Positions 36,369 to 50,276 of a stretch of 64,000 nt of DNA are shown here, piece after piece. Both the position numbers and the translations under genes were made by a program. The DNA is taken from NCBI RefSeq assembly GCF_001194135.2, contig NC_068984.1:45094972-45158971 (forward strand). Reading direction: 5' to 3'. Below the pieces are notes generated by a model that made no database searches, had not been told where the DNA came from, and saw only the letters and a list, made by a program, of their open reading frames with translations. How positions within the stretch are numbered: position 1 is the stretch's first letter; each line of letters opens with the position of its first letter. Source of the DNA: Octopus bimaculoides. Its lineage: Eukaryota.

Positions 36369-36590
36369 GTTTGCACTCCGTCGGTTACGACGTCGAGGGT
36401 TCCAGTTGATTCGATCAACGGAACAGCCTGCTCGTGAAATTAACGTGCAAGTGGCTGAGCACACCACAGTCACGTGTACCCTTAACGTAGTTCTCGGGGA
36501 TATTCAGCGTGACACAGTGTGACAAGGCTGACCCTTTGAATTACAAGCACAACAGAAATAGGAAGTAAGAGTGAAAGAAAGTTGTGGAGG
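36369..36590 (-). mobile_element. SINE family A, 3' part
   Basis: Near-identical to the 3' module of the 44719 copy. Confidence 0.9.
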
Positions 36591-36715
36591 GGGCACGGGC
36601 CAGCTAACAGAGGCCATTCTAATTGCAATAAGGAAAGCGCGGGGAAAAGGCAGCACCTCTGTCGGTCCAGATAGCTTCCAGGATGTCAGAGTGCTTAGCA
36701 ACAGAACCACCCTAA
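36590..36715 (+). mobile_element. Possible short LINE remnant
   Basis: LTEAILIAIRKARGKGSTSVGPDSF resembles the pre-RT 'EI..AI...GK.SPGPDG' motif. Confidence 0.3.
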
Positions 36716-36913
36716 TGTGAGACCGATACTCAATGAAGAATTGATTTGTTAGAATTACATTTATACCACGGTTTACATTTGTTTCAACAACGTATTGGTG
36801 ACAAATCATAGTTACATGCGCGAAGACATGTAAGAGAACAATGATAGAATCATATCGATTATATAATTATATAATACAGATTTTACAATGAATTCCCGGA
36901 TCCTCTCTCACCT

Positions 36914-37478
36914 ACTGAGTGGTAAGAAGCTTGCTTCCCAGCCTCATGGTTCGAGGTTCAGTCCCACGCCGTGGCACCTTGGGCAAGTGTTTCGGGGGTG
37001 ACCAAAGTCTTATGAGTGAATCTGGTAGATGGAAACTGAAAGAAGCCTCATGTATACATACACACAGATATATCTGTGTGTGTTTGTGTGTTTTTGTATC
37101 TTTGTGCACGTGTTTGCCCTGCACCATTGCTTGGCAACTAGTGTTGGTGTGTTTACGTCCCCGTAATTTAATGGTTCAGTAAAGTAACACGATAGAATAA
37201 GTATCAGGCTTTACAAAAGAAATAATAAGTACTGAAGTCGATACATTCGACTAAAATTCTTCAAGGCGGTGCCCCAGCATGGCCGTAGTCTAATGGTTGA
37301 AACTAAAGATAAAAGATGGCTGTGTGGTAAGTAGTTTGCTTTCCAACCACATGATTCTGGGTTCAGTCTCACTGCGTGGCACTTTGGGCAAGTGTCTTCT
37401 ACTATAGCCTCGGGCCGACCAAAGCCTTGTGAGTGGATTTGGTAGACGGAAACTGAAAGAAGCCCATCGTATATATAT
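36914..37478 (+). mobile_element. Two head-to-tail family B SINEs (36914-37316 and 37317 to the gap)
   Basis: The first ends GGCGGTGCCCCAGCATGGCC...AAAGA and is followed immediately by TGGCTGTGTGGTAAGTAGTTTGC. Confidence 0.85.
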
Positions 37479-38169
37479 NNNNNNNNNNNNNNNNNNNNNN
37501 NNNNNNNNNNNNNNNNNNNNNNNNNNNNNNNNNNNNNNNNNNNNNNNNNNNNNNNNNNNNNNNNNNNNNNNNNNNNNNNNNNNNNNNNNNNNNNNNNNNN
37601 NNNNNNNNNNNNNNNNNNNNNNNNNNNNNNNNNNNNNNNNNNNNNNNNNNNNNNNNNNNNNNNNNNNNNNNNNNNNNNNNNNNNNNNNNNNNNNNNNNNN
37701 NNNNNNNNNNNNNNNNNNNNNNNNNNNNNNNNNNNNNNNNNNNNNNNNNNNNNNNNNNNNNNNNNNNNNNNNNNNNNNNNNNNNNNNNNNNNNNNNNNNN
37801 NNNNNNGTAATTGGTTCTAGGCAAAAATTCTAACTGTCTCTGATTTTATTGTCTCTTATCTAGTAGTAATAGTATAAGGGACAATCACTTCTAAGGAAAG
37901 GGAAGGTGTAAGCAATATGCATGGACATGGCTATAAAGGATATGGTTATAAAGGTTTCTCTGGTCAGAGTGGCAACACTCTTATAGGTTGGGGTTTTTTT
38001 ACTACTATCAAAATGTTGAGGAATTAAACCCTAGGTATATAGGTCAAACAGGGCTTTTTCTTTAGTCTGAATAGAGCATCAGTACTGTTTTACAGATATC
38101 AATATTAGTTTAACCAATATTTTAACAATAAGAGGTATGTTCATAATAATAAAATGAAATGTAATTAGT

Positions 38170-38170
38170 T

Positions 38171-38211
<41 letters not shown>

Positions 38212-38432
38212 GTGTATATGTTTGTGTGTCTGTGTTTGTCCCCGCCAAGTTCGCTTGTCAACCGAGGCTGGTGTGTTTACGTCTCCGTAACTTAGCGGTT
38301 CGGCAAAAAGAGACCGATAGCATAAGTACTAGGTTTACCAAGAATAAGTCCTGGGGTCGATTTGCTCGACTAAAAGGCGGTGCCCCAGTATGGCCGCAGT
38401 CAAATGACTGAAAGAAATAAAAGTAAAAGTAA
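38170..38432 (+). mobile_element. 3' half of a family B SINE
   Basis: GTAACTTAGCGGTTCGGCAAAAGAGACCGATAG ... GGCGGTGCCCCAGTATGGCCGCAGTCAAATGACTGAAA. Confidence 0.85.
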
Positions 38433-38539
38433 AAGTACACACACAGACATATACATATACATATATACATTAATGTATGTATGGAAATAGATAGGTAAGT
38501 TGATGAGTATGAGCGTCAACTGGCAAACACATATACATC

Positions 38540-38836
38540 TGGCACTCCGTCGGCTACGACGACGGGGTTCCAGCTGACCCGATCAACAGAACAGCCTGCT
38601 CGGGAAATTAACTGTGTAAGTGGCTAAGCACTCCAGAGACACTCGTACCCTTAAAGTAGATTCAGCGTAACACAGAATCTGACAAGACCCTTGAAATACA
38701 GGTACTATTCATTTTTGCTACTTGTATAGACTGGAGCAACGTGAAACATAATGTTTTACTCAAGGGCACCATGCAACACTAGGTATCGAACTCACGATCT
38801 GACGAGCTTGAACCGAATACCCAAACTACTAAGCCC
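38540..38836 (-). mobile_element. Hybrid SINE: D-type head and CORE-like region with the A-type 3' module
   Basis: Minus strand GAGTTCGATACC..CCCTTGAGTAAAACATTATGTTTCACGTTGCTCCAGTC continues into CTGTATTTCAAGGG...GAGCAGGCTGTTC...GTCGTAGCCGACGGAGTGCC. Confidence 0.7.
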
Positions 38837-40639
38837 ATATATATATATTTATATATTGACATATAATGCTTACATACAAATGTAGATGCATACATACTCA
38901 TGATAATATTTTTATACATAGGTATGTGCATCTATATGTAAGCATGTACGCACACATGTGTATACTCACACACTCACACACGCAGATACATATGTATGTA
39001 GACATATACATACATATTCATATGCTTACTTACGCATAAATACATATCTATACATACGTATATGTGTACATATGCGCTTGTGTTTGTGTGTATGTGTGAA
39101 TATGCTTACATGTAAAACTGCCTATGTATAAGATTAATAATAGAAAATGACTAATATCGGAAGTGATTGATATGTTTACCATAGATTAGATTAGCTATCA
39201 GAGAACCACACATTGAGGAAACGACAGCAGCAGTATATCACAGCAACTATGTAGTATTTTATAAATATAAATATCATTTCAAAAGCAATTCACGAGTGTT
39301 AACTGCTCAATCGATCACGTATTTATATTTCACTCAGCGTGTGGATTGTGTAGAATGGAGGTAAGCTTAGAGAAGGAAAACAGTTTTGAAGCGTAAGTAA
39401 TTAGTCTAAGGTGTTTTGTGTGGCTTCCTATCGCGTCTGCTATCTTACCATCAATCCTAGGTATAATTAAGCTATTGTATTACACATATAGCCGTTATAG
39501 AATTACAAAAACTTAGGAAACGCAATCGTCTGAGGTAAAGATTTTGTAGCCGATGTTATGAGGTTTTTAGATAAATGTAAACAAAAGTCGTGTTGATAAC
39601 TCTTCCTGTTTGTCTTTTTTCTTTTCCTTTTTTCTTGTACATTTGTCTAACGACTCAAAGCATCATCTAAAAATGTTGCGGTTACCTTGAAGTTGTCCAT
39701 CCATGCTGTGTAATGTAATAAGTAGTTAGAGAGTCAGGTAGATGTTTCTACGTGCGGTTTGCAGGTGTAGCTGACTTCATTCCTGAGAGATTTCTAAGGT
39801 GGTTTCACAAGAGGAGCTTCCGGCCCTCTCAAATTACATATTCTGAAAAATGCACCGATTCAGATGGATAGTTGAATAGATGTACAGATAAGGAGAGAGT
39901 GAATCGATTCAAGAACTTAATTAGTACTTTGTTTATCGAAAGGCAAAGTTAACTTCGACACGATTCGTTCGAACTTAAAACGCAGAGCAAGAACAAATAC
40001 GCAAGGTATTTTATTCAACTCAGTCAATTTGCTGCCTTTTAATAACAATTAACAATCGATTAAATCGATCCTAATACTTGGCTGGTGCTCATTGTATTGA
40101 TTCCAGAACTTTAAATGACAAAATTATTGTCTTCCTCTTCGGTTATAATTCAGTTTTCATCTAGTATGCTTTATAAAAGTAGTAAATGACTTCCAATACA
40201 TGACTGGTATTTTATTGTATTGTTCGCCGAAGAAAAAATAAAAGCAAAATTGAAGTCTCTGGGATTTGGACTCTGAAAGTAAAGGATCGTTACCAATTAC
40301 TGTAGACATTTTGTCCGACTCTCTAGCATATCCACCTGATCCACGAAGCATGATTTGAACTAGAAATTCAAAAGGATGTAGCGAAACACACCAAAGGAAT
40401 TATTCAAATACTCCATAGATTCTGCCATATAAAGACCTCAAGGACAGATGAATGATAAACGTATTAATATTTCTCTTTTAGGAATAATATGAAGAGCACA
40501 ATTGAGATTTATTAACTAATTGTGATTCAAAGAAAAGGACAGTAGATGTGAGAAGAGAGGCTTAGCGGACACCATCTACCCTAATACTTGGTTGGTACTT
40601 TATTTTATTCACCTTGGAATTCGGGCGAGGGAATTAGCT

Positions 40640-41455
40640 GCACTACTTGGCAGACATTGGATTTAATCAACTTCAGAAGATGAAAGGCAAAGTTGACCAC
40701 AGATGGTTTTTAACGCAGAACGTAAGGAAATGGGAGAAATATTGTAACGATTTTGTCAGCTAATCGTCTTTCTGGGAGCTAATAATGGCCTCAAAATTTG
40801 AGACAAGGCCAGCAACCTTTAGGGTGGAGGTAAGTACATTATATCGACTCCGATTTCTTAACTGGTGCTTTATTCTACCGAGCGCGAAACGAAGAAAAAA
40901 CAAAATTGACGTCGGTGGTGTTTGAACTCAGAGCGTAAAAATCGGAAAAATGCTGCTAAGCATTTTGTCCTGCGTGCTTAACAATTCTGCCAGCTCGCCG
41001 CCTCTTTGGGAGTTAATAATCCTCTCTACTGCAGGCACAACTGATATTTTCGGGGGTTAGTCGATTACAACGAACACAGTACTTGACTGGTACTTATTTC
41101 ATCGACCCCGAAAGGATGAAAGGTAAAGTCGATCTCGGCGGCGTTTGAACTCAAAACATATAGATGGACGTAATACTGTTAAGCATTTTCCCGGCATTTT
41201 TCTCGATATGTTAACGACCCTGTCAGCCCTCCGCTTTAATTTCTGAAAATTAATAATCCTTTCTACTAAAAGCACAAGGCCTGAAACTTGGTGGAGGTGG
41301 ATAGTTGATTACATCGATCCCAGGACTCAACTGGTTCTTAATTTATCGACCCCGAAAGGATGAAAGGTAAAGTCAACCTCGGTGAAATTTGAATTCAGAA
41401 CGTATATACGGTCGTAATACCCGGTGTGCTAACGATTCTGTCCGCACACCGCTTT
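40640..41455 (-). mobile_element. Tandem cluster of about four family C SINEs
   Basis: The hallmark recurs at about 40680, 40900, 41110 and 41355. Confidence 0.85.
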
Positions 41456-41640
41456 ATTTTCTGAGAATTCATAACGACATTTCGTTTATAGAGTTCTGTA
41501 TTTAATATCAAAGGTGCCATATAAGCGGTTGCTTGACTTTATAGAAATAACACTAGAATCTCTCTCAACATACACTCTACGATTTTAAAAAAGTAGGATA
41601 CTTTCGATAATGTATTCTAGGTACATTATTCTTAGAGAAG

Positions 41641-41858
41641 AAGGCGGCGAGCTGGCAGAAACATTAGCACGCTGGACGAAACGCTTAGCAGTATTTCGTC
41701 TGTCTTTACGTTCTGCGTCCAAATTCCACCGAGGTCGACTTTGCCTTTCATCCTTTCGGGGGTCGATAAATTAAGTACCCGTTGCGTACTGGGGTCGATT
41801 TAATCGACTGGCACCCTCCCCCAAAATTTCGGGCCTTGTACCTATAGGAGAAAAGATT
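41641..41858 (+). mobile_element. SINE family C, well preserved, inverted relative to the cluster
   Basis: AAGGCGGCGAGCTGGCAGAAAC...CAAATTCCACCGAGGTCGACTTTGCCTTTCATCCTTTCGGG...GGGCCTTGTACCTATAGGAGAAAAGATTATT. Confidence 0.9.
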
Positions 41859-44718
41859 ATTTTTAGCGAAGAAAATAAGAAAACTGGACGGCCATGGTTT
41901 TAATACCTTTCACAACAGTTCCACGTGACGGCGCGTAACCTAGTGGCTTGTGTGTTCGGCTCACGTGCATATGATCTTTAGTTCAATTCCTGGATAGTGG
42001 AACGTCGTGCTCTCATGCAAAGTATTTCAATCATATTACCTCGGCCGATACAGCTCTAATTAGTAGTAGCAATATGCTGGTACAACTTTTCTACTCCGTT
42101 GTTCTGATGATTAAAGGAAAGAGTGTCGATATCCTTAAAGAAAAAGGTATCTATGTCTCTCCGCTGCTATATGTGCACCTAAAACAATGAAGGAACGTAT
42201 GGCACGCCTTACCAAACCATACACGTTCGCTACTGACAGCTTTCTCTAATTTATAGGTCTACCCAATCAGAGTCAACTTGGGATAAAACAACGACAATAA
42301 CCACGAAACGTATTCAAATTCAAGACCGTGTCACACGAAATTGATATTAAAATGAACATAGTGCCGGTGCCCTATATGCATTGCTCCCTATTTAGATATT
42401 CTGGGATTTTCTTTTTTAGACCCAAAACAATATTCTACGGGGAAGATAGTATATTTGCTGTTAAATGTTACATAACTCACTCTTATCATGGAAACTAAAA
42501 CTGAAACATGGAATTTCTACGTGATTGCTCAACCTGCTTTACATCGATGACAACTCAACCCGGAAATACACTCTACTCTCTTTAAAAACATGCACACAAT
42601 TGGATATTATGACTGAAGAAAAGCAACAGAATTTTTATAACTGGAACATTTTGGGATCTAAACAACAAGTGCAGCAAAGTGTAAAAGCATTTAATATGAT
42701 AGGCTAGCGACTGTGACTCATTCAACTTCCCATGTATATGAATATTATATCATATAAACCAAGTAATTCTTGGTATTCTGTTGCCTTTTTGCACAATCAC
42801 ATCACGTTGCATTGCAACAACTCTGTATAGCAGTCCAATCGACGCAAGTCAAATAATCTGCTAATGTCTGAATACTAAATGAAGAAACTACGTCATGACT
42901 TTTTCAATAAGAGTTAATCTTATTTAACGGAGAGACGATACTTCTGTGGCATTACTTTGTCGTTATGTTGTCATTTTGTTGAAAGATTCTTATTCTGTCT
43001 TCATATAATGCATTTCTATTTATCAAGGGATTGTGTTAAGTATTTATTGTAAAGCATATCTAATACGGCAGGCAATAGCGATTTGCTATTATTCTATTTC
43101 CATTAACTGTAGAAGGACAATTTCGTGTTTACATTGCTAGCTTTGAAATTAATTTAGGTTTCCAAGTAAATCTATCAACATCGCAGGAAAAAATCTAAAG
43201 CTGATTATTTTCATTATTTAACTGACATGGCATTTCTCCTTGAAATGACAGCTATGTCAATCAGCTTTTCATTTGAAATTTATTCATAATGTTCATGTGT
43301 TGCAGCAGCACGAGGAAACATATTCATACAATTCATTGAATTGACATAACTCCGTTGAATTGATCACAATATATTACTGGTACTATTTTTTTTTATTGAT
43401 TTCAGACAGAAAAATGTAGAGTCAGTCCTGTTTGAAAAGACATATAATCAAAAGCATTACATACGTGACCAACCCGTCTTTTACTCAGATGCAGCATTAA
43501 CGAATATATGATTCGATGTGCTTGATTTGAGGGAGATTTGGCTTTTATTTCTAGTAGGTTGTACAACCAAGTGGATGCTTCCCTATTGGCTGGTTGATGG
43601 GAATTTATATCAGAATGTAAACAAACGACATTAAATATTTTAATGACGCTGCGTGAATGAAAGTCAGATTCGATCCTAGTTAGATCTTAAACACAAAACA
43701 CTAGATATAAGAAATTAAGAAACATTTAACCCAATGTTCTAGCATTTCCACCATTCCATCATGATTGTTTGTGTTTATAATGATTGTACTCAGAAGAAAT
43801 AACGACCATGGCCGTTATTGTCTCTTCCACACTGGGGACATTGATATGATTGATGTTCAGGTTTAAATATCTGGAAATCAACATATGCTGGGAAAATCTG
43901 ATCAGGAAAGGAGACTCTAAAACACTGAGTTTCGGAGATGAAAAGGAATAAGGGGAAGAAGTTCCTAAAAGGCAGGATACAGCTACTAGGGCGCCAGTGG
44001 AAGAAGAGACAGGCGTGTCAATTTGTCCTAGTTGGAGTGGCGTGGCATTTACCTAGAAGAATAAAGGCTATTGTAGTAACATTAGAATAACCAATGAATG
44101 AGACAGCTGTTTTTGCAGTTATGATGTTAAATTGAATAACATACTAGGTTTGATGATAGTTTAGCATAATCGTTAGAGCCTGTTACGGTATTCTGAGTTC
44201 AAATTCCTTCGCGATCAACTTTGCCTTTATCCTTCCAGGATCGACAAAAACAAGTACCAATTAAGTGGTGGGGTTGATTTCATCGACTGTCAGAAATTAC
44301 TATTATTAAGGCGTCGTGCAAAATGTCTTGCAGTTACTGTCCTGTTATGTTCTAAGCTCAAATTCCACTGAGGTGATTTTACTTTTCATGTTTCTGGAGT
44401 TGATTAAAATGAAGCACTAATCAAGTATTAAGGTCGGTTTGATCAACATTGGTTCTCCCCAATATTCGAGATTTTTGTTTCTGTTAGAAATTAATAAACT
44501 TCCGGACTAAGTTTCATTTATAATTTTAAAATGGCACCTTTTTACACTTTGATATTCTTTTATATCATGACTGTTTGATCTGCAATTTATTTCCATCATT
44601 GATTGCAAGTATCGGAGTTTAAAAGGAGAACCAAACGAGCGTTTATATTAATACACTGTGTTAATCAATCATTTTTACTTAGCTTGAATTCACCTAAACA
44701 CTGTTACTTATAGAAAGT

Positions 44719-45093
44719 GGAGGCGCAATGGCCCAGTGGTTAGGGCAGCGGATTTGCGGTCATAGGATCGCGGTTTCGATTCCCAGACCGGGCGCTGTGA
44801 GTGTTTATTGAGCGAAAACACCTAAAGCTCCACGAGGCTCCGGTAGGGGATGGTGGCGAACCCTGCTGTACTCTTTCACCGCAACTCTCTCTCACTCTTG
44901 TTTCTGTTGTGCCTGTATTTCAAAGGGTCAGCCTTGTCACACTGTGTCACGCTGGATATCCCTGAGAACTACATTAAAGGTACACGTGTCTGTGGAGTGC
45001 TCAGCCACTTGCACGTTAATTTCACGAGCAGGCTGTTCCGTTGATCGGATCAACGGAACCCTCGACGTCGTAACCGACGGAGTGCCAACAACA
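44719..45093 (+). mobile_element. SINE family A, full length, perfect 13-bp TSD
   Basis: ACTTATAGAAAGT at 44706-44718 and 45094-45106; A and B boxes; (AAC)n tail. Confidence 0.95.
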
Positions 45094-47484
45094 ACTTATA
45101 GAAAGTTTCATGAATGGATTATCTGCTTCAACCTTTAAACGGCAGGAAAATGAATGCGCATGCTAAACGGGCCAAAAACAAAAAAGTGTCTTCTCTTAAA
45201 GGTAATTTTCAAACTTATTTTCACTTTAGATAAGTACAAAACCTTTAATTATTAGTCTCATGTACAATAAAATTTACATTATCATTGATCATAATTTGAT
45301 TGATGTTGATTGTATTCATGTAAAATTTTTGAAGCATCAATTCCTGACGTCCGCCATATAAGGGTTAAATACCTTTTATGATGACAAATGATTGGAGTAG
45401 ATACAAAGTGTTCGCTGAACCATTCTAGAAATAAAATCTCCCCACCCCAAGTCCTCCCTCAAATTACACATTACCATCTTAAAGTTAGAAAGAAAAAGAA
45501 AGACATCTTAGACACAAAGTGGTATGGTCAAAGCTAGAATCAGCTCTGATCTTGTGGCTAAAAATAGCAAAAACAACAACCGATGCATATGACAACTCAT
45601 AGTCGTAATTAGCCACCTACCATAGAGATCCTAGAGCTCCTAGCCACCTACCATAGAGATCGGTGGTGTGTCAGCGTATAGACTGAATTATCTTTATTCT
45701 TTATTTTGAAGTAAGAAACTCTATATCTTCTAGATACACAGTTTCTGTACATAAAGATGATACACTGTATTGGGATGTGGTTACATTTTTCAACTGAAAC
45801 TATTTTATTTTATTTATACCAATTTTGTCCTAGGAAAAAAAATGAACACCCTAAATTTTCTTTCCCCTGTTTCCTGAGAATATACGTTTATTGTATCTTG
45901 TTAAAAGGTGGCGCAGATGAGTGTACTTTGCCTTTGTGTGCATCGGTAGCAACACCGAAAACGTAAGGCGTGCCTCGTGAAACTTGGCTCATTCAGAGGT
46001 CCTAGTTTGATCTGGCCTGACCTGGTCATGACAAACGGAAACTATCATGTGCATTAATCCTTTATAGCACTGAATAAAGATCAAGTAGTTGCACAACGGT
46101 GTCATATTGAGTGATTAATGCTATGTGACCGACTGGCACCACGCCAACGGCATGAAACCTATTAACTGACAGCTGTTTTAGATAAGGGCATTTAGCCTTT
46201 GTCACAACGTCCAACAAAATTTAGAGATTCGTTGACTTCTGTCCGTTAAGACATTTCATTAATATTGTTTACTTAAATTGGTACAAAAGCTTTGAAGTTT
46301 ATATGGTACGTTTATAGTCGATTGCTCCAACTTCTTTTATAATAGTATTATGTATTTTACTGTTCTATGGGCGGAGGATGAAAACCGATATCTACTCTAA
46401 CGTGATTGGAACACAAAACGTTGAATAAGCGACTAAATAGCACAATGATTTTCGTTTCGAAATGCTTGATTTGCAATTCACCGCTATTGATGTCTCATTA
46501 ATATTGGTTTCAACTTTTGGCACAAGGCCAGCAATTTCAGTGAATTGCATCGACCCTAGTACTCGAAATTGAAATTTGAAACCAATATTTCACTGCACGC
46601 ACTGTGAAAGTGACATAAGTTTCCTTCACCCTTTCAACGCTTGCATTCCACCCATCAGATGTTTCTGAGTGTAGCTTCCTGAAGATGGTTCTAAGTATCA
46701 TTTGCCAATTGCAAAATAAATCCTATTTAATGTGTAGATTTTTCAGCTCTCGGAAGGCAACGAAGTTTTCCACACCGCAATGAGTGGACATAGCTCTAAG
46801 TTTTGAAATGGTTCTAATAGGTTTTAATTTTATACATCTTATAAAGTGCTGTTGTTGAAGCGCTATGATGATGTTGTTGTTGTTGTTATTGCTATTGTTG
46901 TTGTAGTTGTTGTTGCTGTTTTGTTCTAAGTCAGCTCCGATGAATCTGATATATGAGCGAAGGTATTCCAGCAGTGATCATTCAATTATTTTATTCAGAC
47001 ATAGTATATTTAGGGAAGTATTATCGAAGGTTCCCCTTTTAAGGTTGTAAGATGTTATATGAAGAAAATTTAACTGGTGTTACTAGCATACAAAGAGCCC
47101 CGCTTAAAGGCTCTCTCATGGGTTTCACCAGTGATATAGGATATTGGTGGTGAGTTTTGGGCAGCTTAAATTAATCATCTACTGTCGTACCAATAGCTTT
47201 ATTTTCGGCTGCGTTGAGGTTCCTGAATAAGCAATGTGAGCCATTTATCTACGATAGATAAAGGCTCTGCTTGGTGCATCAGACTTGGGCTGTGTAAGCG
47301 GGATTTCTTCTTTCTCTATCCAACTTGTTCACTTTTCTCAAAACATTTTAATGTCATATTGGCAACATTTCAAAACCAACGTTGAAGTATCGACAGTGGT
47401 GGTGTTTTGATTTCAAACTCCCTCCCTCACTCACTTTCTTTTGCGTCAGTGTGCGTGCGTGCGTGCGTGTGTGTGTGTGTGTGT

Positions 47485-47567
<83 letters not shown>

Positions 47568-48494
47568 AAGCTTGTAAATAGATAACCTACCTAAATTATT
47601 CTGAAACTGTTCATGTTTTTACCTGTCCGTAATATAATATTACCACATAATATTATTAATCATTCTGCGACCTAGCAAGGTAGCCCTTGTCGCAGTTGTA
47701 CAATTTGCTAGAAATAGCAGCCATCGCTCCCTCAAACACTCTACCTTAAAAGCATAGAATCGTAGGTTAGGAAAATTTGGAAAATAGGGCCTTCATTTCT
47801 GGAATACCTCTGATCACAAATCTGCTCCTTCAGGGTTTCCTTGAGCTAACCATCAACTGCAGCTGTAACGAAAACAAAATTAGCAACAACAACAGCATTA
47901 ACAATATCATTAGCATTGTATTGTGTCGCCGAAGGCTGCATCATTGGATTTGTCTGTGTCACACCTCTGAAGAGCTGTTAATTGCAATTAAGCCATCTGC
48001 TAATAACATTTGCTCATTCAGTTCCGTACCTTCCTTTAACTATTATTAAGCCTTGCTCTGTACCATTAGTATTGTTTAGCCCTAGGTCAGGCCTTACTCC
48101 AGCAGTCATGTTCATTCTATCTCTCCTATCAGACCTGGTGTTTTTTAGTGTTTCTTATCCAATATGCCCTTCTTGTTTTTTTAAATCGGCAGATATGATT
48201 TGGGGAAGATTAGACTACTATTGCTAGCAACTTGAGCGACTTCGAAAAGATTCTCTGATTGACTCGTACATTTTGTTTTTATTGTTGTTTCGGTGCGAAC
48301 TAAATACGATGGCGCCACAGCAAGTGAGAACAGTTAACAAAGCAATAAAATTAATTGCATTAAATTTAAATCTCCGTTAGGAGAAATTATTAATTTTCAT
48401 ATCAACAGTTTAATTATTTACTAAAATTTGCAATGGGATACAAAGTAATGCTAATATTTGAAAGCGAACCAGGGCGACGACCAGGCAGAACTGT

Positions 48495-48695
48495 TAGTAC
48501 TCCGGGCAAAATATTTTGGGGTATTTCGTCCGTCTTTATGTTCTGAGTTAAAATTCCGCCTCGGTCGACTTTATCTTTCATTCTTTCAGGTTCGATAAAA
48601 TAAGTACCAGTTGAACACTAATGCAGATGTAATCGACTTATCCCTTCCCCTAAAATTGCTGACCTTGTGCCAAAATTTGAAATCAATATTTGAAA
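48495..48695 (+). mobile_element. SINE family C
   Basis: Family hallmark sequence and tail GACCTTGTGCCAAAATTTGAAATCAATATT. Confidence 0.85.
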
Positions 48696-49518
48696 GGGAA
48701 CCCTCGACTGCTTTGCTGGATGTCAGTTCACTATTGATATGCCCATCAACCAACATTTCCTTATAATAACATTCAGGTAACCCAAATATAATTGATTGAA
48801 AACCGTAGAATAAAATGTTGAACCTACAAAATTCCAGCATGCATCTAAAATGCACTTCTACTTACCTATACCTAATAAACAGTATGTACACTTTTGGGTG
48901 CATGGGGACATTTTGCTGACCTGCATCTGTCAGGGCATAAATAAGTTTGGGGGCACCGTTTTCGTTGTCGTTGTAGTCCAACACTTCTGTACATATCTCG
49001 AAAATTGTCCTTACCTTGAAATACAAACCTTTCTGAAATCATACTATCTTCTCACTACTCTATCCAGGCCGTGAAGTAGCAGTGTAATTTTAGTGTATAC
49101 TTTCAAGGATAAGTACAACTCACATTCGCCGAAGATAGAACTTCAATATGTGTGTCACAGAAATTCTGGTCTTGCTGATGTCTCCCACATCTATGACTAG
49201 TTACCTAAAACCATTGAGCAAGTGACTTTGCTTCCAGCCGGATCCATAGGTCACGTGAATATACACAATGTCCCTTGACAGTGGCTATATTTGTTGGAAA
49301 GAAACTTTCTTGAAAAGCTTCATCAAAAAGGTTCTTGTCCGCTCTGTTTCAAAACATTCTTCCCTCACAACTTTCAGCATCATGTATACGGAGAAAGTCT
49401 GCTTGGTGCTGTTTTTGTGACGGGCTACTCAAAGCAATCCTTGTATTATGTTGTATGTGCGTGTTTGTGCGCGCTTGTGTGTGTGCATGTGTGTGTGAGT
49501 GTGCGCGTGTACGTTTGC

Positions 49519-49577
<59 letters not shown>

Positions 49578-49746
49578 GTGTACTAATTAATTTATCAACT
49601 CACAGCTGTTTCTATTTATAACAATTACGTTGATGGAGAATGGTTTTTGAGTTTAGTTGTTGGTGTTGCTGCTATAATAGTTTTCACTGATTTTCTACTC
49701 TTTTGGTTCATTTTCCTCTTATTACATTTGTTGATGGTGTGCTTGT

Positions 49747-50128
49747 GGAGGCGCAATGACCCAGTGGTTAGGGCAGCGGAGTCGCGGTCATAGGATCGCG
49801 GTTTCGATTCCCAGACCGGGCGTTGTGAGTGTTTATTGAGCGAAAACACTTAAAGCTCCACGAGGCTCCGGCAGGGGATGGTGGCGAACCCTGCTGTACT
49901 CTTCCACCACAACTTTCTCTCACTCTTACTTCCTGTTTCTGTTGTGCCTGTAATTCAAAGGGTCAGCCTTGTCACACTGTGTCATGCTGAATATCCCCGA
50001 GAGCTACGTTAAGGGTACACGTGTCTGTGGAGTGCTCAGCCACTTGCACGTTAATTTCACGAGCAGGTTGTTCCGTTGAATCAACTGGAACCCTCGACGT
50101 CGTAAGCGACGGAGTGCCAACAAATACA
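49747..50128 (+). mobile_element. SINE family A, full length
   Basis: TSD GATGGTGTGCTTGT (49733-49746) / GATGGTGCGCTTAT (50129-50142). Confidence 0.95.
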
Positions 50129-50276
50129 GATGGTGCGCTTATAAGTTTAATTGTTGCTTCTTGTTGTTACTGTTGTTGTCGTCGTCGCTGTTGCTGTAAT
50201 GTTGGTGGTTGTAGTTGTGTTGACGGTAGTTGTGACTGCTTAATGGAGTTTCTACGTTTTATTGAATCTCCTATTT

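Noticed and set aside
44719-44790. tRNA gene-like A and B boxes (also at other SINE heads)
   Set aside because: They continue into SINE bodies with TSDs and have no cloverleaf end or terminator.
45128-45369. Second piggyBac-like MITE ending AAGGG|TTAA
   Set aside because: The left end matches only weakly and lacks a clean TTAA.
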